This document shows positions 40,289 through 54,275 of a stretch of DNA of 64,000 bases, piece after piece. The first letter of the stretch is position 1, and every line of letters begins with the position of its first letter. The translations under genes were made by a program, and so were the position numbers. The DNA is from Trichoplax sp. H2 (Eukaryota), in contig NOWV01000231.1 of the NCBI GenBank assembly GCA_003344405.1, positions 1 through 64,000 on the forward strand, given 5' to 3'. The notes below the pieces were generated by a model that did no database searches, had not been told where the DNA came from, and saw nothing but the letters and a program-made list of their open reading frames with translations.

Positions 40289-43200
40289 ATGGTGAGTACT
40301 TTATGTTTTAATAAGCTTATTAAATCCATTAATATATATATATAATCGATACCATCCATCACTACTTATGAGTAATCTTTTATAATTGGCGTAAAAATGA
40401 CATGAAAGTTATTACAAGAAAAGCTTGACTTCAAAATTTCTCCCTCTGTAAATAAATAGCATTCGTACTGTACTAATACAGGAGTAAGGCAAATGACATG
40501 ATTCGTATTATGAACTACCAAATTAATGAACTTCTGCTCATAAAATTATCCCTAACGTAGGATGCTAGTCCAATTATTTTCCGACCAGTACACTGATGAT
40601 GAACTAGAAGAGTTACAGTATAAATATCTTTCTACAAGAGACAAATATAGAAGCAATTAGTACAGTATGCAGTAATCAACAATTGAATTCACCGCGATAG
40701 GAGTAGCAATGGAGCATACCAAAGTAGAGGATGGATGAGCTTTCAATTTGTATCATTACCCATGACAGGAAAATGCAAAATGCTGTATGTTGGATTAATG
40801 GATCAGCAGCAAAATACACCTTATTCTATGCCTAACCAAGAGCTACCCCTAATAGATAATCATGATAATTACTGTCTCATAAACAGCTAAATATTGCTTT
40901 ATTATACCTTTTTCTTTTAATAAGGTATAGCCGTTACATGGAAGGATAGCAATCTAGCTACTTTAGAAATTCATCAACGTGACACTGAACTACAAATATC
41001 AGAAACGACCTAACTACTGTTCTAAATATAGTCAAGAATAGTCGCTGATCAACCCGCTAGCAAAAGCAAAATACTTACTATACATGCTGAGCATTGACAA
41101 TTACTATTTTTTTTACATACTGTATCATATATCATACTTTATACTGATCGCAATGACGCATATACCCAGTATTCTACTGTAGAATTTCTATGCAATGATT
41201 CTCTCTTGATTATACACTATAGTGGTAGAGTATACTCTATTACAGTTTAATGGAGCTATTTATCACTGGAGCGTGCTTGTCGTATAATATTATTTACGTG
41301 TATTTGTATCGTATGCGTATTCTACACTTGATGCTATGGATCACTCACATACGTGTAAGATAAGAATTTATCATGTCAAGGATATTGACAAAGTTTAAGA
41401 TGATAATGAATCAGTGAGTAATAGAAACGTTACGATCAAGCTAAAGTTTAAGATAATATTTAATATGGTATAGAAACGTTATGTTATATCAATGATGATG
41501 ATAAAGTTTAAAATGATATTCAATGTATAATAGAATAGAAACATTAAGATACGTATGATTTACCATGTTAATGATCATGTTAAAGTAAAAGATAATTATA
41601 AACAATATATAATACAGACTGTTTTACTTATACTGTAATCTATAACCTACCAAGGATTATAAAAGTATAGTTAGCGTTCTACCAATTAATACAGTAATAT
41701 GTGTACCCGATCCTGATACAGTTTTTACCATTTTTATTCCCTTTTTAAATACTAAAAACTAATTTTATATACCCTTTAATTTATCTCATGCAATGAAAGG
41801 CTCAAAACAATAGTACAGAGAAGAAAGAACACTTATTTAAAATTATCGTTGTGGGAAGCAAATTTACCGGAAAAACCAGTATCATCCGAAGATATGTTCA
41901 CCAATACTTCAGTGAAAACTACAAAGCCACGGTAATATTACAACAAAGACTAGCTACTAATCTTTATTAATTAAACAATTTCAGCACCCCTGATCTATAC
42001 CTTCCAATACCTCTAATTATATTATAGTAGATCCTTTTTTATTCACGTGCTTTCTGTTAGCTGTATTACGGTACAAGAAGTGTTCAATACTAAATGCATA
42101 AACAATCATAAATTCATAGATTGGCGTGGACTTTGCACTGAAAGTTATTAATTGGGACGCAGAGACTGTAATAAAACTACAACTATGGGATATCGCAGGT
42201 AAGATTAGTCTAACCATTCAATTACTAAAATTTAGAACTCATATTTGTAACATTAATACTCAACGAAACCTACAGTATTATAACATTACACGTATATATC
42301 TTTTTATGAACTACTGAGTCGTGCGCTTATTTAAAATACGTTCCAGAAAATAGAATTATATCTGACTCAATCTGTCTTGTTTTTCTCTTTTACTTTTACG
42401 ATATACGACAAAGGACAAGATAATTACGAAAAAATGACAAGGGTATATACGTGTATATTACCATTACTCAATTAGGAATAATTTCACTAACTAGACTCGC
42501 AATATTTCTCTTACTTAAATTTTGATTTAATAACATAATACTTTATAGGTTTACTTTAAAGACGCCGTCGGTGCCGTTGTTGTTTATGACATAACCGATA
42601 CGAAAACTTTTGAAAGTACTAAAAAGTGGAAAGATGATGTCGATAATAAAGTTTTTCTTCCCGATGGTTCCACCGTCCCTGTCGTTTTATTAGCAAACAA
42701 GGTTGTTAAAATAAGACAACATTAATACGAGCTGATGAGTATACTATATTATCATCTGTTGCATAGCAATTAAGTTTATCTTTCATAAAATATTGCAAGG
42801 AATTATTTGAGCGTAACTCCGTAACATAGAATAAATTATTTTAATACCCTTTAATATGCATATAAACATTCTTTAATTTTACAATGATAGTGTGATAAAG
42901 CAAAGATCGGAGATCATAATGATCCAGAGTATCTCGACAAATTTATCCAGGACAATGGTTATATAAAATGGTTCGAAACCTCAGCTAAAACTAACGTAAA
43001 TATTGACAAAGCCTTTAGAAGTTTAGTAGAAGAGGTAAAGCATTTTTATAGCTATTTCATAAATTTCCTTTCTCTATTCTATAGCACGATATTATTTAGA
43101 AATAATACCATATAGAATTTTTAAATATTCTCCTATATCTCATGATCCTAAGAATAATCTACGTTACCTATTAAGAATATAGAGTAACACTGTATATTTA

Positions 43201-43519
43201 CGTAACTAAATATGTCCCCATAGATGCGCTGTTAATTTATATTTTTATCTATCTGTAATAGTAATTGCTTATATTTTCTATTCCTTTTTCTCATACATAC
43301 TCGTAGAATTACGTTATTTCACATATTTTGTACATTGCAATTGAATATACACTATAATAACTAGGGATCAAAAAATTAACAAAATCCTTTAATGTATAAT
43401 GATAGATCTACGAAAAATCGACTAAATTTGACGGGAAAGAGACTGCAGATCCTGAACGGGTCAATCTTAATAATACTAACGAGAAAGAAGGAACTAAATC
43501 TAGTTCATGCTGTTTCTAA
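40289..43519 (+). CDS. RAB32: Rab32/38-like small GTPase, copy 1 (intact, 7 coding exons)
   Basis: ATG-only coding exon at 40289-40291 (GAAGATG|GTGAGT), then exons 41800-41931, ~42120-42198, ~42414-42441, ~42549-42701, 42891-43034 and ~43405-43519. Translation: EHLFKIIVVGSKFTGKTSIIRRYVHQYFSENYKATIGVDFALKVINWD..WDIAGQDNYEKMTRVYFKDAVGA..LLANKCD..WFETSAK..SSCCF. FALK and WDIAGQ are Rab32/38/29 hallmarks. Confidence 0.9.
41385..41600. repeat. Degenerate ~55-80-bp tandem repeat (~4 copies) in Rab copy 1 intron 1
   Basis: AAAGTTTAA(G/A)AT(G/A)ATA(A/T)T...TAGAAAC(G/A)TTA recurs at ~41390, 41444, 41503 and 41582. Confidence 0.6.
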
Positions 43520-45189
43520 TTTTATTAATTTACTGCTACTAAGAAAAAACAAAACAAAATGAAGTTATATAATCGAATATATTGCTCACTGATAATGATG
43601 CATACGTGTTTAGCCAATAATTATAGTATAACATTAAAATTGTATACATATACCATCAGTGTTGACCTGCTTAGTCATTAGTTACCTTAAACATAAAATA
43701 TTAGGAACCTGTAATACTTGATAGAAATAACCTTTTTTTATACATAATACTGAAAACACGATTACTGTCAATTCTGATATCTTTTTCAAATTCTTAGTAC
43801 CGGTATCAGATAACGATGTATCTACCACATTTTATCACAGAAGTTAAGTTAATTTCGTTTCTAGAGCACATGTTGCAATTGAACAAAATTTTAAAATCCA
43901 ATTTATAATTGAAATTCTAGGTATTTTACTGTATAACGTATTAGCGATCTTTAAATTGTATAGTTAATAAATGTGATGCTTGTCAGCATTATTCATTGTA
44001 TCATGACTTACTCATCATGATCTTATTTGTTTGATTGATGTATATTGTATCCTGATTGACTAAACTGATACAAATAAACAAAATTTTTTTATTGATATAC
44101 GTAATTGATTGCTTCCATTAGAAAGTTTAGGAAATATTTGCATTAGATAGCGAATCCTTATGGTCGGCAATCAGTATACACTATGCGATCTAGCTTTTGT
44201 GAACAGTACAACAACAATAAATACGAGGATAAGTGGGATAATTACAACAATTACTACAATTTTATGACCTTAACGGCAAAATGTAATCGATATATCCCAT
44301 TGATAAATATAGTAATTGATTATAATGGAGATCGTTGTATGCTAGTCAGAGTGCTCAGACTAGTATGAATATTTTTGAAATCAGATCCGCTATTCAATAG
44401 TTTATACTGTATAAGCAAAGTATTGTTCTCTCATAGTAGGTAAAAGCATATCTTGCCAACAATTTAAAGTGCTTTGCTCATAAAGAAATACATCAATTCC
44501 TTATCCAGGGAGACTTTGATTAGATAACAATGACGATTATTATATTATAATTATGCATTAAAGCCTTCAAATATGTGTAAAACCATGACATTACATAAAT
44601 CGTTAATAAAGGCTCTCATTACAAGCAGATATAATTTGCATGTGTATATACAGTAAGCATATCTTTAGATATACAGTATTACGATACACTACAGCATAAA
44701 ACTCGACATATTACTGAAATTCTTTAATTACGCATGAAGATAGATTGCAAATTTGTCTATAGGTATATTAATCTTGCCCGTTGTAATTGATCGTAGAATT
44801 TAAATGTTATACCTTACTATCATCAATATATCGAAAAATTGATTTCTTTGTATCTACCACTTATAATTATAATATACAGTACATTGCCATTCAGTAGGTC
44901 ATGAATAATGTTTGTAATACTGTATGCTGTATATGACCATGAAGTAGATCATTAATACTGTTTATATCATTACTAGTGCCATTAACAGGTGTGTTAATTG
45001 CCCAACAGTAACAAGCCGGTAACTACAAGTGGATGCGTTTAATACTATACGGAGTATAATAACGATTTACCTCATATCAAATAAACTGATACAATACATG
45101 ATACAGGGAATAAGATCAAATTCGCTAATTAGCAAGTAAGGGATAAAACGACCAAAAATAGATTGCAAATATACGGTAATACAGTAACA

Positions 45190-45880
45190 TCGAGTTATAG
45201 TCAGATCCGATGTATCCGATGCATATATCAACACAAAATCATTACTTGCAATTTCTTTTTATATAAAGTGTCAACATATAGTTGATAACTCCTATACAGT
45301 AATAGTTGCGATGAAATGATCGATTTGAATAATCTACGCAAAGTATACTAGGGTCATCCTTACTGTGCTACTTACAGACCTGATATATCCAATGCATAGA
45401 TCGACATAAAACCGTTTACTTACAATTTTTTATATAATGCATCAATATATAGTATAATAACTCTTCTATATTACAACGAAATGACCGATTTGAATAATTT
45501 ATGCAAAATATACTGAAGTTATCATTACCGTACTTGCAGACCCAATGTATCCGATGTATAAAAGGACATAAAATCATTTACTTACAAACTTCTTTATATA
45601 AGGTGTCAATATATATAGTATCATAACTCTTCTATATTACGACGAAATAACTGATTTGAATAATTTATGCAAAGTATACTAGGGCCATCATTTTACGTGT
45701 CACTTGCAGACCCAATGTATCCGATACATAGATCGACATAAAATCGTTTAATTACAATCTTATTTTATATAAGGTATCAATATATAGTATAATAACTCTT
45801 CTATATTATGACGAAATGACCGATTTGAATAATTTATGCAAAGTATACTTTGGTCATAATTACTGTGCTACTTGCAGTCA
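45190..45880. repeat. ~170-bp degenerate tandem repeat, 4 copies, upstream of Rab copy 2
   Basis: CAGA(C/T)CC(A/G)ATGTATCCGAT..ATAAAATC..TCAATATATAGT..GAAATGACCGATTTGAATAATTTATGCAAAGTATACT at ~45202, 45375, 45537 and 45707. Confidence 0.9.
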
Positions 45881-46183
45881 TTTTGACCTTAAGAGAGTTA
45901 GTAGATTTGATTTTGCACAGTATACTATAGTATAGTTACTGCATTGATGTTCTATACTGCATTGGCTATCGCATACTGTTGCTAGTACTTGACATAGATT
46001 TACAATTGTACATTGTACAGGCTAGTGTTTACCAGTGACGTCAGGAATTATGGTGCGTATACAGTAGTAAACAAATTCCCTTTACCATCAGTTGTATGAG
46101 ATATGTTACATATTTAACTAGCTGTTGGCCTATTACAACTACGTGTTCGCCATATTATCTTCCTCTCTCCATAAGAAATAAAG

Positions 46184-49100
46184 ATGGTAAGTAATTATAA
46201 GGTTGTTGCTGACTTGTTTCGTCAACCGAATTTATACTCGTATAATCGATATCTGCATCATTGTTGATGAGTAATTTTATATAATTTGCTGAAAAGATTA
46301 TACAAGAAAAGCCTGACTCTATAATCGTTACGCTGTCAATAACACGATCCAATATGATATCTTTGCCTACTTAGTATAAACGAAATGGTATAAACTACGA
46401 AATGAAATTAACTACAAGTTAACGAACTTGTGATTTGTTACGTAGGACGGTATAAGCGATTTCTGCCAAACAATAATTCTAATAATGATTGAATTGAGAC
46501 GGTTTACATACGTAAATAATTAATCTATATTAACTATATACTAACTTTAAGTAATCAATCTGTGGCAATTCATCGTTCCGATGAAGTATTCGCGTAGTGA
46601 TTTTGCGGTATACGAGTAAAAATTAACCATCACTGATTATTCGATGAAGTAAAAAAAGATAGTAGTAATTTCTGACACTGTAAAAATATCTGATCCTCGT
46701 CGATATACAGTGTGGTTAGCTAGTGAAAGTATCTCGATCAGATTATAATAATAGGCTTATACAGCTAATTATAATTAATGAATAGAAAAAGAGATTGACT
46801 TGATATACTTCCTTATTACAATGTAAGAATACCAATCAAATGATGCAATATACTTCCTTAATAAAATATAAGTACAGTAAGCCAAATACTTGCGGGTTTC
46901 AATGGTAATAAACTCCTTTACTCGTCTTATGTACTATCCAAAAAGCCAATAGTCAACTAATAGTTTAGTATTTAGGCCAAGTACTGTAATAGAAGCAATA
47001 AAGATTAATTTACTAGCACCCAAGCAAACAGTTTTAACTACATGTTTACTGTTTATACAGTACCTTAAATACTATATCGAACGCCATATTTCATACTCAT
47101 CTTAGTGATATTTTGCAGATGATTTCTATATCAAACTTTATCATGCATATAATTATAATTAATTAGACTCTCATCCTAACTCGGTTTCAGCAAGACAGTA
47201 ATCATACAAGTACATCATATGTATGTTACATAACAAACATAATCCTTTCTCATGCTGATATACGCGTATTTTACTACAGCTTTACTTATAACTGAAAACC
47301 TTCATTTCATCTATAAGTACTTTACGGCATTTACAAGAAATCATAGGTACACAACTATAGCTTATAAATTGTGATGATATTGCACTTTTATGAACATCCA
47401 CTACTTATTCTTCGTTATATTTATTACTCAAACATATGTTAAGATGCAATTTATCATGCTACATGAATCATTGATCACAGTAAAATGGAAAAAGTTAAAG
47501 ATGACAATCAATAATAGAGTCGCTAACTTATGGATTTTTAAAATTTATAAGTAAATAGATATCCTTCTTTGTACAATCTAATTACGTGCGTATTTATTTT
47601 ATTTTATTTACTTATCGTTAACAATCAATTTAAAAATTAAATGCTACATTATAATTACGTATGCTTGGATATATCTTAAACTATTAAAGGCACAAAAAAA
47701 TAATCCCGTGGCGACGAAAGAACATTCATTTAAATTTATCATTGTCGGGAAAAACCATACAGGAAAAAGTAGCATCATACGAAGATATGTTAATGGATTA
47801 TTTACTGACTACTACAAAATTACGGTAAGTTTTATACGCTAACTGAAATTAATCAGTGAAGAAAGATCATCTAAACATACTTAATTAGTAAAATCAATTA
47901 AATAAACTTGTTCATACTTTCTGGTATTTCCAATCACCAATAGATCCTTTAGTCACATTCCGTTAGTTACACGATGTAGTCTTCTAGACGTAGCGCTCAA
48001 TACTAAATGTTGAATTATCTAAAATTCATAGATGGGAGTTGATTTTGCTCTGAAAGTTATTAATTGGGACGCGAAGACTTCAATAAAATTACAGTTATGG
48101 GATGTCCAAGGTAATACAAGATTCATTATTGAGCTATTGAATCATTCATTTTAATGCTCATATTGACAATACTTACCAAGTATGAAATACAACTTTTACG
48201 ACAGTTCATATATTATATAGAATCTTATTCATTAGCTTTGGAATGCATAGGTACATTAACAGCGAATACTACATTAGCAATGTTAACAGTTAAAAGCATA
48301 AGTTTACAAGAGCTATAACTGATTGAAATCGCCTTTATTTTTCATCTATGATATTCAAAAAGGACAAGACTTCAACGAAAAGATGACACATGTAAATATC
48401 ATCATAGCAATACGAACGTAGCATCATTCTGAATAAATGCTACTAATTTCACCTATTAAATCCACAGTGTTTCTCTAATGTAGACTTCTAATTCAACAAC
48501 TGTATAGGTCTACTTCAAGGATGCTGTAGGTGCCTTTGTTGTTTATGACGTAACTGATGTAAAAACTTTTGAAAGTACCAAAATGTGGAAAGAAGATATT
48601 GATAAGAAAGTTTTCCTTCCTGATGGTTGTAAGATCCCAGTAGTTTTATTGGCAAACAAGGTTATCACAAATAGGAGTATATTCATACAATCTGATGAGT
48701 TTATTAATCTCTGTATTACAATAATTAAACTTATATTCTAAAAGCATTGCAAAGCTATTTCAGGATTAAAAAAGAAATTATTTAAATGAGTATCGAAATA
48801 TTTATACATGTATGAATATTTCTTAATTTTACTGTGATAGTGTGATAAAGCGAAGGTTGGAAATCATAACAGTCCGGAATATCTCGACAATTATATCCAA
48901 GACAATGGTTATATAAAATGGTTCGAAACATCAGCAAAGACTGGTATAAATATTGATAAAGCCTTTAGAAGCTTAGTAGAAGAGGTAAAACATCATTACA
49001 GTCATTCTATCAATTCTACTTATTTGTAGCAATTGCCTAGAAATAATAACAACTTTTAAATATATTACCTAAATTTCGTAATGCAAATCCTAGAAATGGT

Positions 49101-49423
49101 ACTTAATAAAAATATGTGACACTATACCTTTATATGTAACTAGGGGTACACTCATACATACGAAGATGATTTAAATTTTTATTAATTTTCAATGGCAATT
49201 ACTTATTTCTGTTTGTGTTTCTTTTTATATAATACCGCGTTACCTCTATACGTAATGACAAAGTTATAATGAAGGATCAAAAATTCACTAATATGTTATT
49301 TGCTTGTAATAGGTCTATGAAAGTTCTGATAAATCCGATAAAAAAGAAACAACAGATACTGAGAATATCAAACTTAATGATACTAGCGAGAAAGACGTAA
49401 CTAAATCCAGCTGCTGTTTTTAA
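46184..49423 (+). CDS. RAB32: Rab32/38-like small GTPase, copy 2 (intact ORF, more divergent)
   Basis: ATG|GTAAGT at 46184-46186, then exons 47690-47824, ~48032-48110, ~48363-48391, ~48508-48660, 48841-48984 and ~49313-49423, with the same phases as copy 1. Translation: EHSFKFIIVGKNHTGKSSIIRRY..YKITMGVDFALK..WDVQGQDFNEKMTHVYFKDAVGA..ANKCD..FETSAK..SSCCF. Confidence 0.88.
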
Positions 49424-50935
49424 ACTTTATTAATTTGCTAGTATAGTATTACAGAATTGATTAAAAATTGCGCAATGGGTTATATCTCGTAGTAATGACG
49501 ATATTTACATTTTTAGCGTTAATTACATTATAACTTAAAAATTGTTTTCATATATTAACATATATTTTTCTTTACTAGTTATTTTAAATACTGAATTAAT
49601 TTGTAATAGTAGAATGAAATAGTCTTTTATTATAAATAAGAATATTGAAAACCTTAATGATTAGCAACTTTGATATCTATTCGATTCCTAGCTATCAAAT
49701 AGTGATATATCTATCACACTAATTACTGAAAAACTAAATTAATTTCGTTTACAAAAGAATATATATTTCATGATTAGCAAAATCATATAATGAGGTTTGT
49801 AATCTAGATCTTAAATATCTACTGTAGAACATTTTAAAGATCCATAAACTTTATAGTTAACAATCATATCGCTTATCTAGTTCATACATATATATGTATT
49901 TACTGCATCATGAACTCACTCATCGTAATCTCAAAAAAATTTTCTTTCTTTGGTTGATGTATGCTATATCCTGATTGACTAAATGAATATAAATAAATAA
50001 GCTTTTTTGATATAGCTAATTTTCTCCATACATTAAGAAATCGTCGCATTTATATACGAATTACAATATTGCTATTTAAGATTAGTGTACATCCTAACAT
50101 CTGTGAACGGTTTAACAATAAACTCGACGATAGTTGATATCATTAAAGCAATTACTATAATTTTAGGATCTTAAACAATAATGTAACATATTTACAGTCG
50201 ATGCATACCATTAAATTAATAGACTAAATTCCGTCGAGAATTATGATTAAGACTTTATATCGAACAAAAATTAATCTTTTTATTGGAAAATCAAGTAACA
50301 TTAAATGCACTAATAATTGGATACTTTTATCCACTAATATCAGGGGAAAACTCCTACTATAAAATCTTCTTTTGTTACGAAGATTAACCAAGTAGATAAT
50401 TGCAAGCAAAGTACACTTAGGTCATACACTTTGTGTTTTTTTACCGTAAGATGGGCGAACTTGATTTTGCATTACGTTCCTTTGTACAGCTATTATATCA
50501 TTATTATGATTATTGGCATACCTCAGCAGGGACTACTAATGTCCCTGACCTCAGTATAAGTGTAGATATGAATATTGCTGCCCTATACTGCATTAGCAAT
50601 CACACTATAGGAAATATTATGCTGTTATTAGTTAGTTTAACCTGTACAAATGAGTATATATGCGTATATAGTATACGGGCTAGTAATTACCAGTAAAATC
50701 AGGTGCCACGGTGCTTGAAGCAGGGACTACTTAGTAAGAACGGTAATCCCTGTTATAACGGTGACTACTAAAAAAGTCGCTTTCTTTTATTACAGTAGCC
50801 CCTACTTATAGACAGTAGATAATATTCAAGTATAATAGATTCTTTTACTAGTAGTTTGTTAAATACTACTTAAACTAAACATCTGGATTGCTATGAACCG
50901 CTTACTACTTTTCTTTCCTCTCTCTACTGAAATAG

Positions 50936-53900
50936 ATGTGATTAGTAAAGATGTTTTACTACTTTCCGACAATATGCTCGAAATAATATACGCTAAAAAT
51001 TAATCAGTTATAATTTGTAGAGGTATAATTATTACAAAATTTATTGACCTAAGAGTTATAAAAAAGTTATCTATACTGTGAGCTATTTAAAGCAATCAAT
51101 ATGCAAAATCGGTATTCGGATAATAGCAATAATGTAATTGTAGTAATAGCTCATTCAATATGTAGACCTTATCGTCACCGATGACTTGATACAATAGTGA
51201 TATATTGTAGTAATGATTGTAATAATTTGCGATAGAGTAAAAATTGGATCACTTTATATACATACGAGTCATTATCTCTGAGCTATTTGACTGTAAATCG
51301 TAATAATACTATTCTATCATATGGATATAAGGTTCTAAGGAATTACTTAACTTTGCTAATATTTTATCACAAACGTAAAAACGTACTTTAGTATGTTAAT
51401 AATTACGATCATAATGGTAAAGTTTGAGATTATAATCAATAGTAAGCGGACTGTCGCAATATCTTATTCTTTACTGTTAGCACTCTTTCTTGCAAGCGGT
51501 CTATTAAGAGTGTGAACAGACATGATACAATGATTGTTATACAGCTTGACGTACACAATCATCGATTTTTAAAAATCTAACTCTAGCCCTAACACTAAGT
51601 GCTACTTTATATATTACTTGGATTTAATTCGCATAATTAAAGATGCAAAACAACACTTTAGAGAAGGAAGATTATTTATTAAAGTTATCATGGTTGGAGG
51701 TTATTCTGTAGGAACAATTAACATCAGGCGAAGATATACATACGGATATTTTCGTGAGAGTTACAAAACTACGGTAAAATTACAACATAAATTAGTTATC
51801 GATCTTCATTTATTGAATAATTATAGTAACTTTTAATATACGCTATTTATGACTAATCATTGAAGATCAACTATAATATACTTAATGAGTAAAACTAATA
51901 ATATAGATTTATTCATATTATCTAAAACCATTGACCACTAAAAGATCCTTTATTTTCACTCTACTACTTGCACAGTACAACTAGTGACGTTTAATAACAA
52001 ATGCAAAATCATCTTCAATTTATAGATAGGAGTTAACTTTGGTTTGAAAGCTATTAATTTGGATACGAAGATTGAAATGAAATTATAGCTATGGGATATC
52101 AGTGGTATCACAGAATTAATTATTCAACTGCTAGATAAAATTTTCATATTTTATATATTTCATTCAGTAGAAATTAGGAGCTTCATGCAAGTTCCTGCAC
52201 TATATCTTTTAATCGATTCTTATATCATATACACAGACACATACGTATTTATTATTTTAACATGTCTTCACTATGAGAATACAATGGTAGCATTATCATT
52301 TCAACATACAGAGTTATAGCTAACTTTAAATCATTATGATTCTTTTCACTCATATATTTAAAAAGCCGGACAAATTTATGGGAATATAGAAAGAGTAAAC
52401 ATCATAACAATACGAATATTGTATAACTAAATAAATTCCTACAAATTTTTTTCATCTGTCAGACTCACAATTTTTCTCTAATATGGAACTCTAATTCGAT
52501 AATTGAAACACTGCGTAGATGGTTTACTATAGAGAAGCTGTGGGTGCTATTGGCGTTTATAGTGTAATCGAGAAAAAAACTTTTGAAATTACTAAAAGGT
52601 GGAAAACGGACATTGATAGCAAAGTCTCTCTTCCCGATGGTTCCTCAATTCCTGCAATTTTATTAGCAAATAAGGTAACTATAAATAGACAATGTTTATA
52701 TGATCTTATAAGTTTATAAGTCTCTATAACAATGTAAAAGTTAAGTTAACATTCTATAAATAGTGTGAAGTACAGTTTCGGTATATGAAAATAGATAATG
52801 GTAATGATCGCTGATATAAATATCTATATTACTTAATCTATATTACGATGGTGCGATCAAATGAAAGTTAGAGATCACAACGATCCAGAATATCTTGATT
52901 AATTTATCCAAGACAACGGTTATATAAAATGGTTTGAAACATCAGCTAAGACTAATCTAAATATTGACAAGGCGTTCAGAAGTTTAGCAGAAGAGGTAAA
53001 ATAATAATGGATGTGCATATATTAAAATTAGTAACCACTTTGAATTCCAACTTAAGCTAAGCTTGGCGGAAAACATCAATTTATTATAATTTCAATAACA
53101 GACTTATAAAAAATTACTTAAAAAGAATTACAATAACGGCAGAATTATTGACTAAACCAACCGAATTAATGTATCAAAAATTAGATTTACTTACAATTTA
53201 GGATTATCCTACTTACCTTCTTAATTCAGTACCGATTGAGCTATTTAACTACTAAACTACGGTACTTTTATATGCTAGGTGTAGTAGTTGATTGTATAAG
53301 ACGATCGATATATCACTCTAAAGTATTCTAAACTAAACTAACAATTAATCGCATATGTTAAAATCAATTCTACCCTAGAATCCAAAAATTACTAAATTAA
53401 TATAATCATACTTCAACTATAAGTACAATATAACCAAAAACCTAAGATAAAGCTGCATTCTTAAACTAGAACCCAAATCAAAACCTTCAGGTTCACATTA
53501 TATTGCAGAACAAAGTAATACAACTTTTACTATACATTATAAACAAGATTAGGTACAAGTTTTATCCGAATTAAAAGCGCAAATATTATAGTAATTAAAC
53601 ATATAGGTTAAATTACGTAAGATTTAAGAAAAAGTATACCGTCCAATATTACTAAGATATTACCTGAATAAAATAATCGGATTTACAGTTTACTACGATA
53701 CCGTACTAAATGAAATCCATTGTAATTACACTAAACTATTAGTTACTTTTAAAGCAACAGTGCCAATTAAAACACAAAATTTTGGATGAGAATTCTAAAA
53801 GCCAACCTTCATTATAATGAAATGTTGCTATGATCATTGTATTAATTCTTTTTATATACAGATAGGATAGTATTTAGAAATAAATTTAATGATCACACAA

Positions 53901-54275
53901 TATCTAAATCTACAGTACTATCAATGCTTTATAATTAAAAGGATCATTTAATAATGAAAATATGCAACTGCCACCGTAGCTTTGTAAATCGTTAGAAACA
54001 ACTACAGTTACTGTATATATGCGTACGTTGGTGATTTATATTTCTATTAATTTACAATCTTTTTGCTTATCTTTATTCCTCTTTCTAGTTTTTGACATTA
54101 TATTATTCTTTATATTTTGCAAATTAAATACATAATAACAATTTTACTGATATGTAATATATAGCAGATCTATGAAAGAGTCTGATAAACTCAATAAAAA
54201 GAAAATAGCAGATTCTGGAGCTGTCGATCTTAATGATTCTAACGATACTAACGAGAAAGAGCGACTGATGTTTAA
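50936..54275 (+). pseudogene. Rab32/38-like pseudogene, copy 3
   Basis: Same exon layout as copies 1 and 2 but with multiple lesions: degenerate exon-1 donor after ATG ~50936; 1-nt deletion near 51678; P-loop GKT changed to GTI; in-frame TAG at 52086-52088; acceptor AG changed to GG at 52850-52851; TAA at 52900-52902; frameshift and loss of the CC prenylation motif in the last exon (~54168-54275). Confidence 0.9.

Noticed and set aside
50448..50460. AAGATGGGCG as exon 1 of Rab copy 3
   Set aside because: It aligns with the shared upstream non-coding module. The positional homologue of exon 1 is at ~50936.
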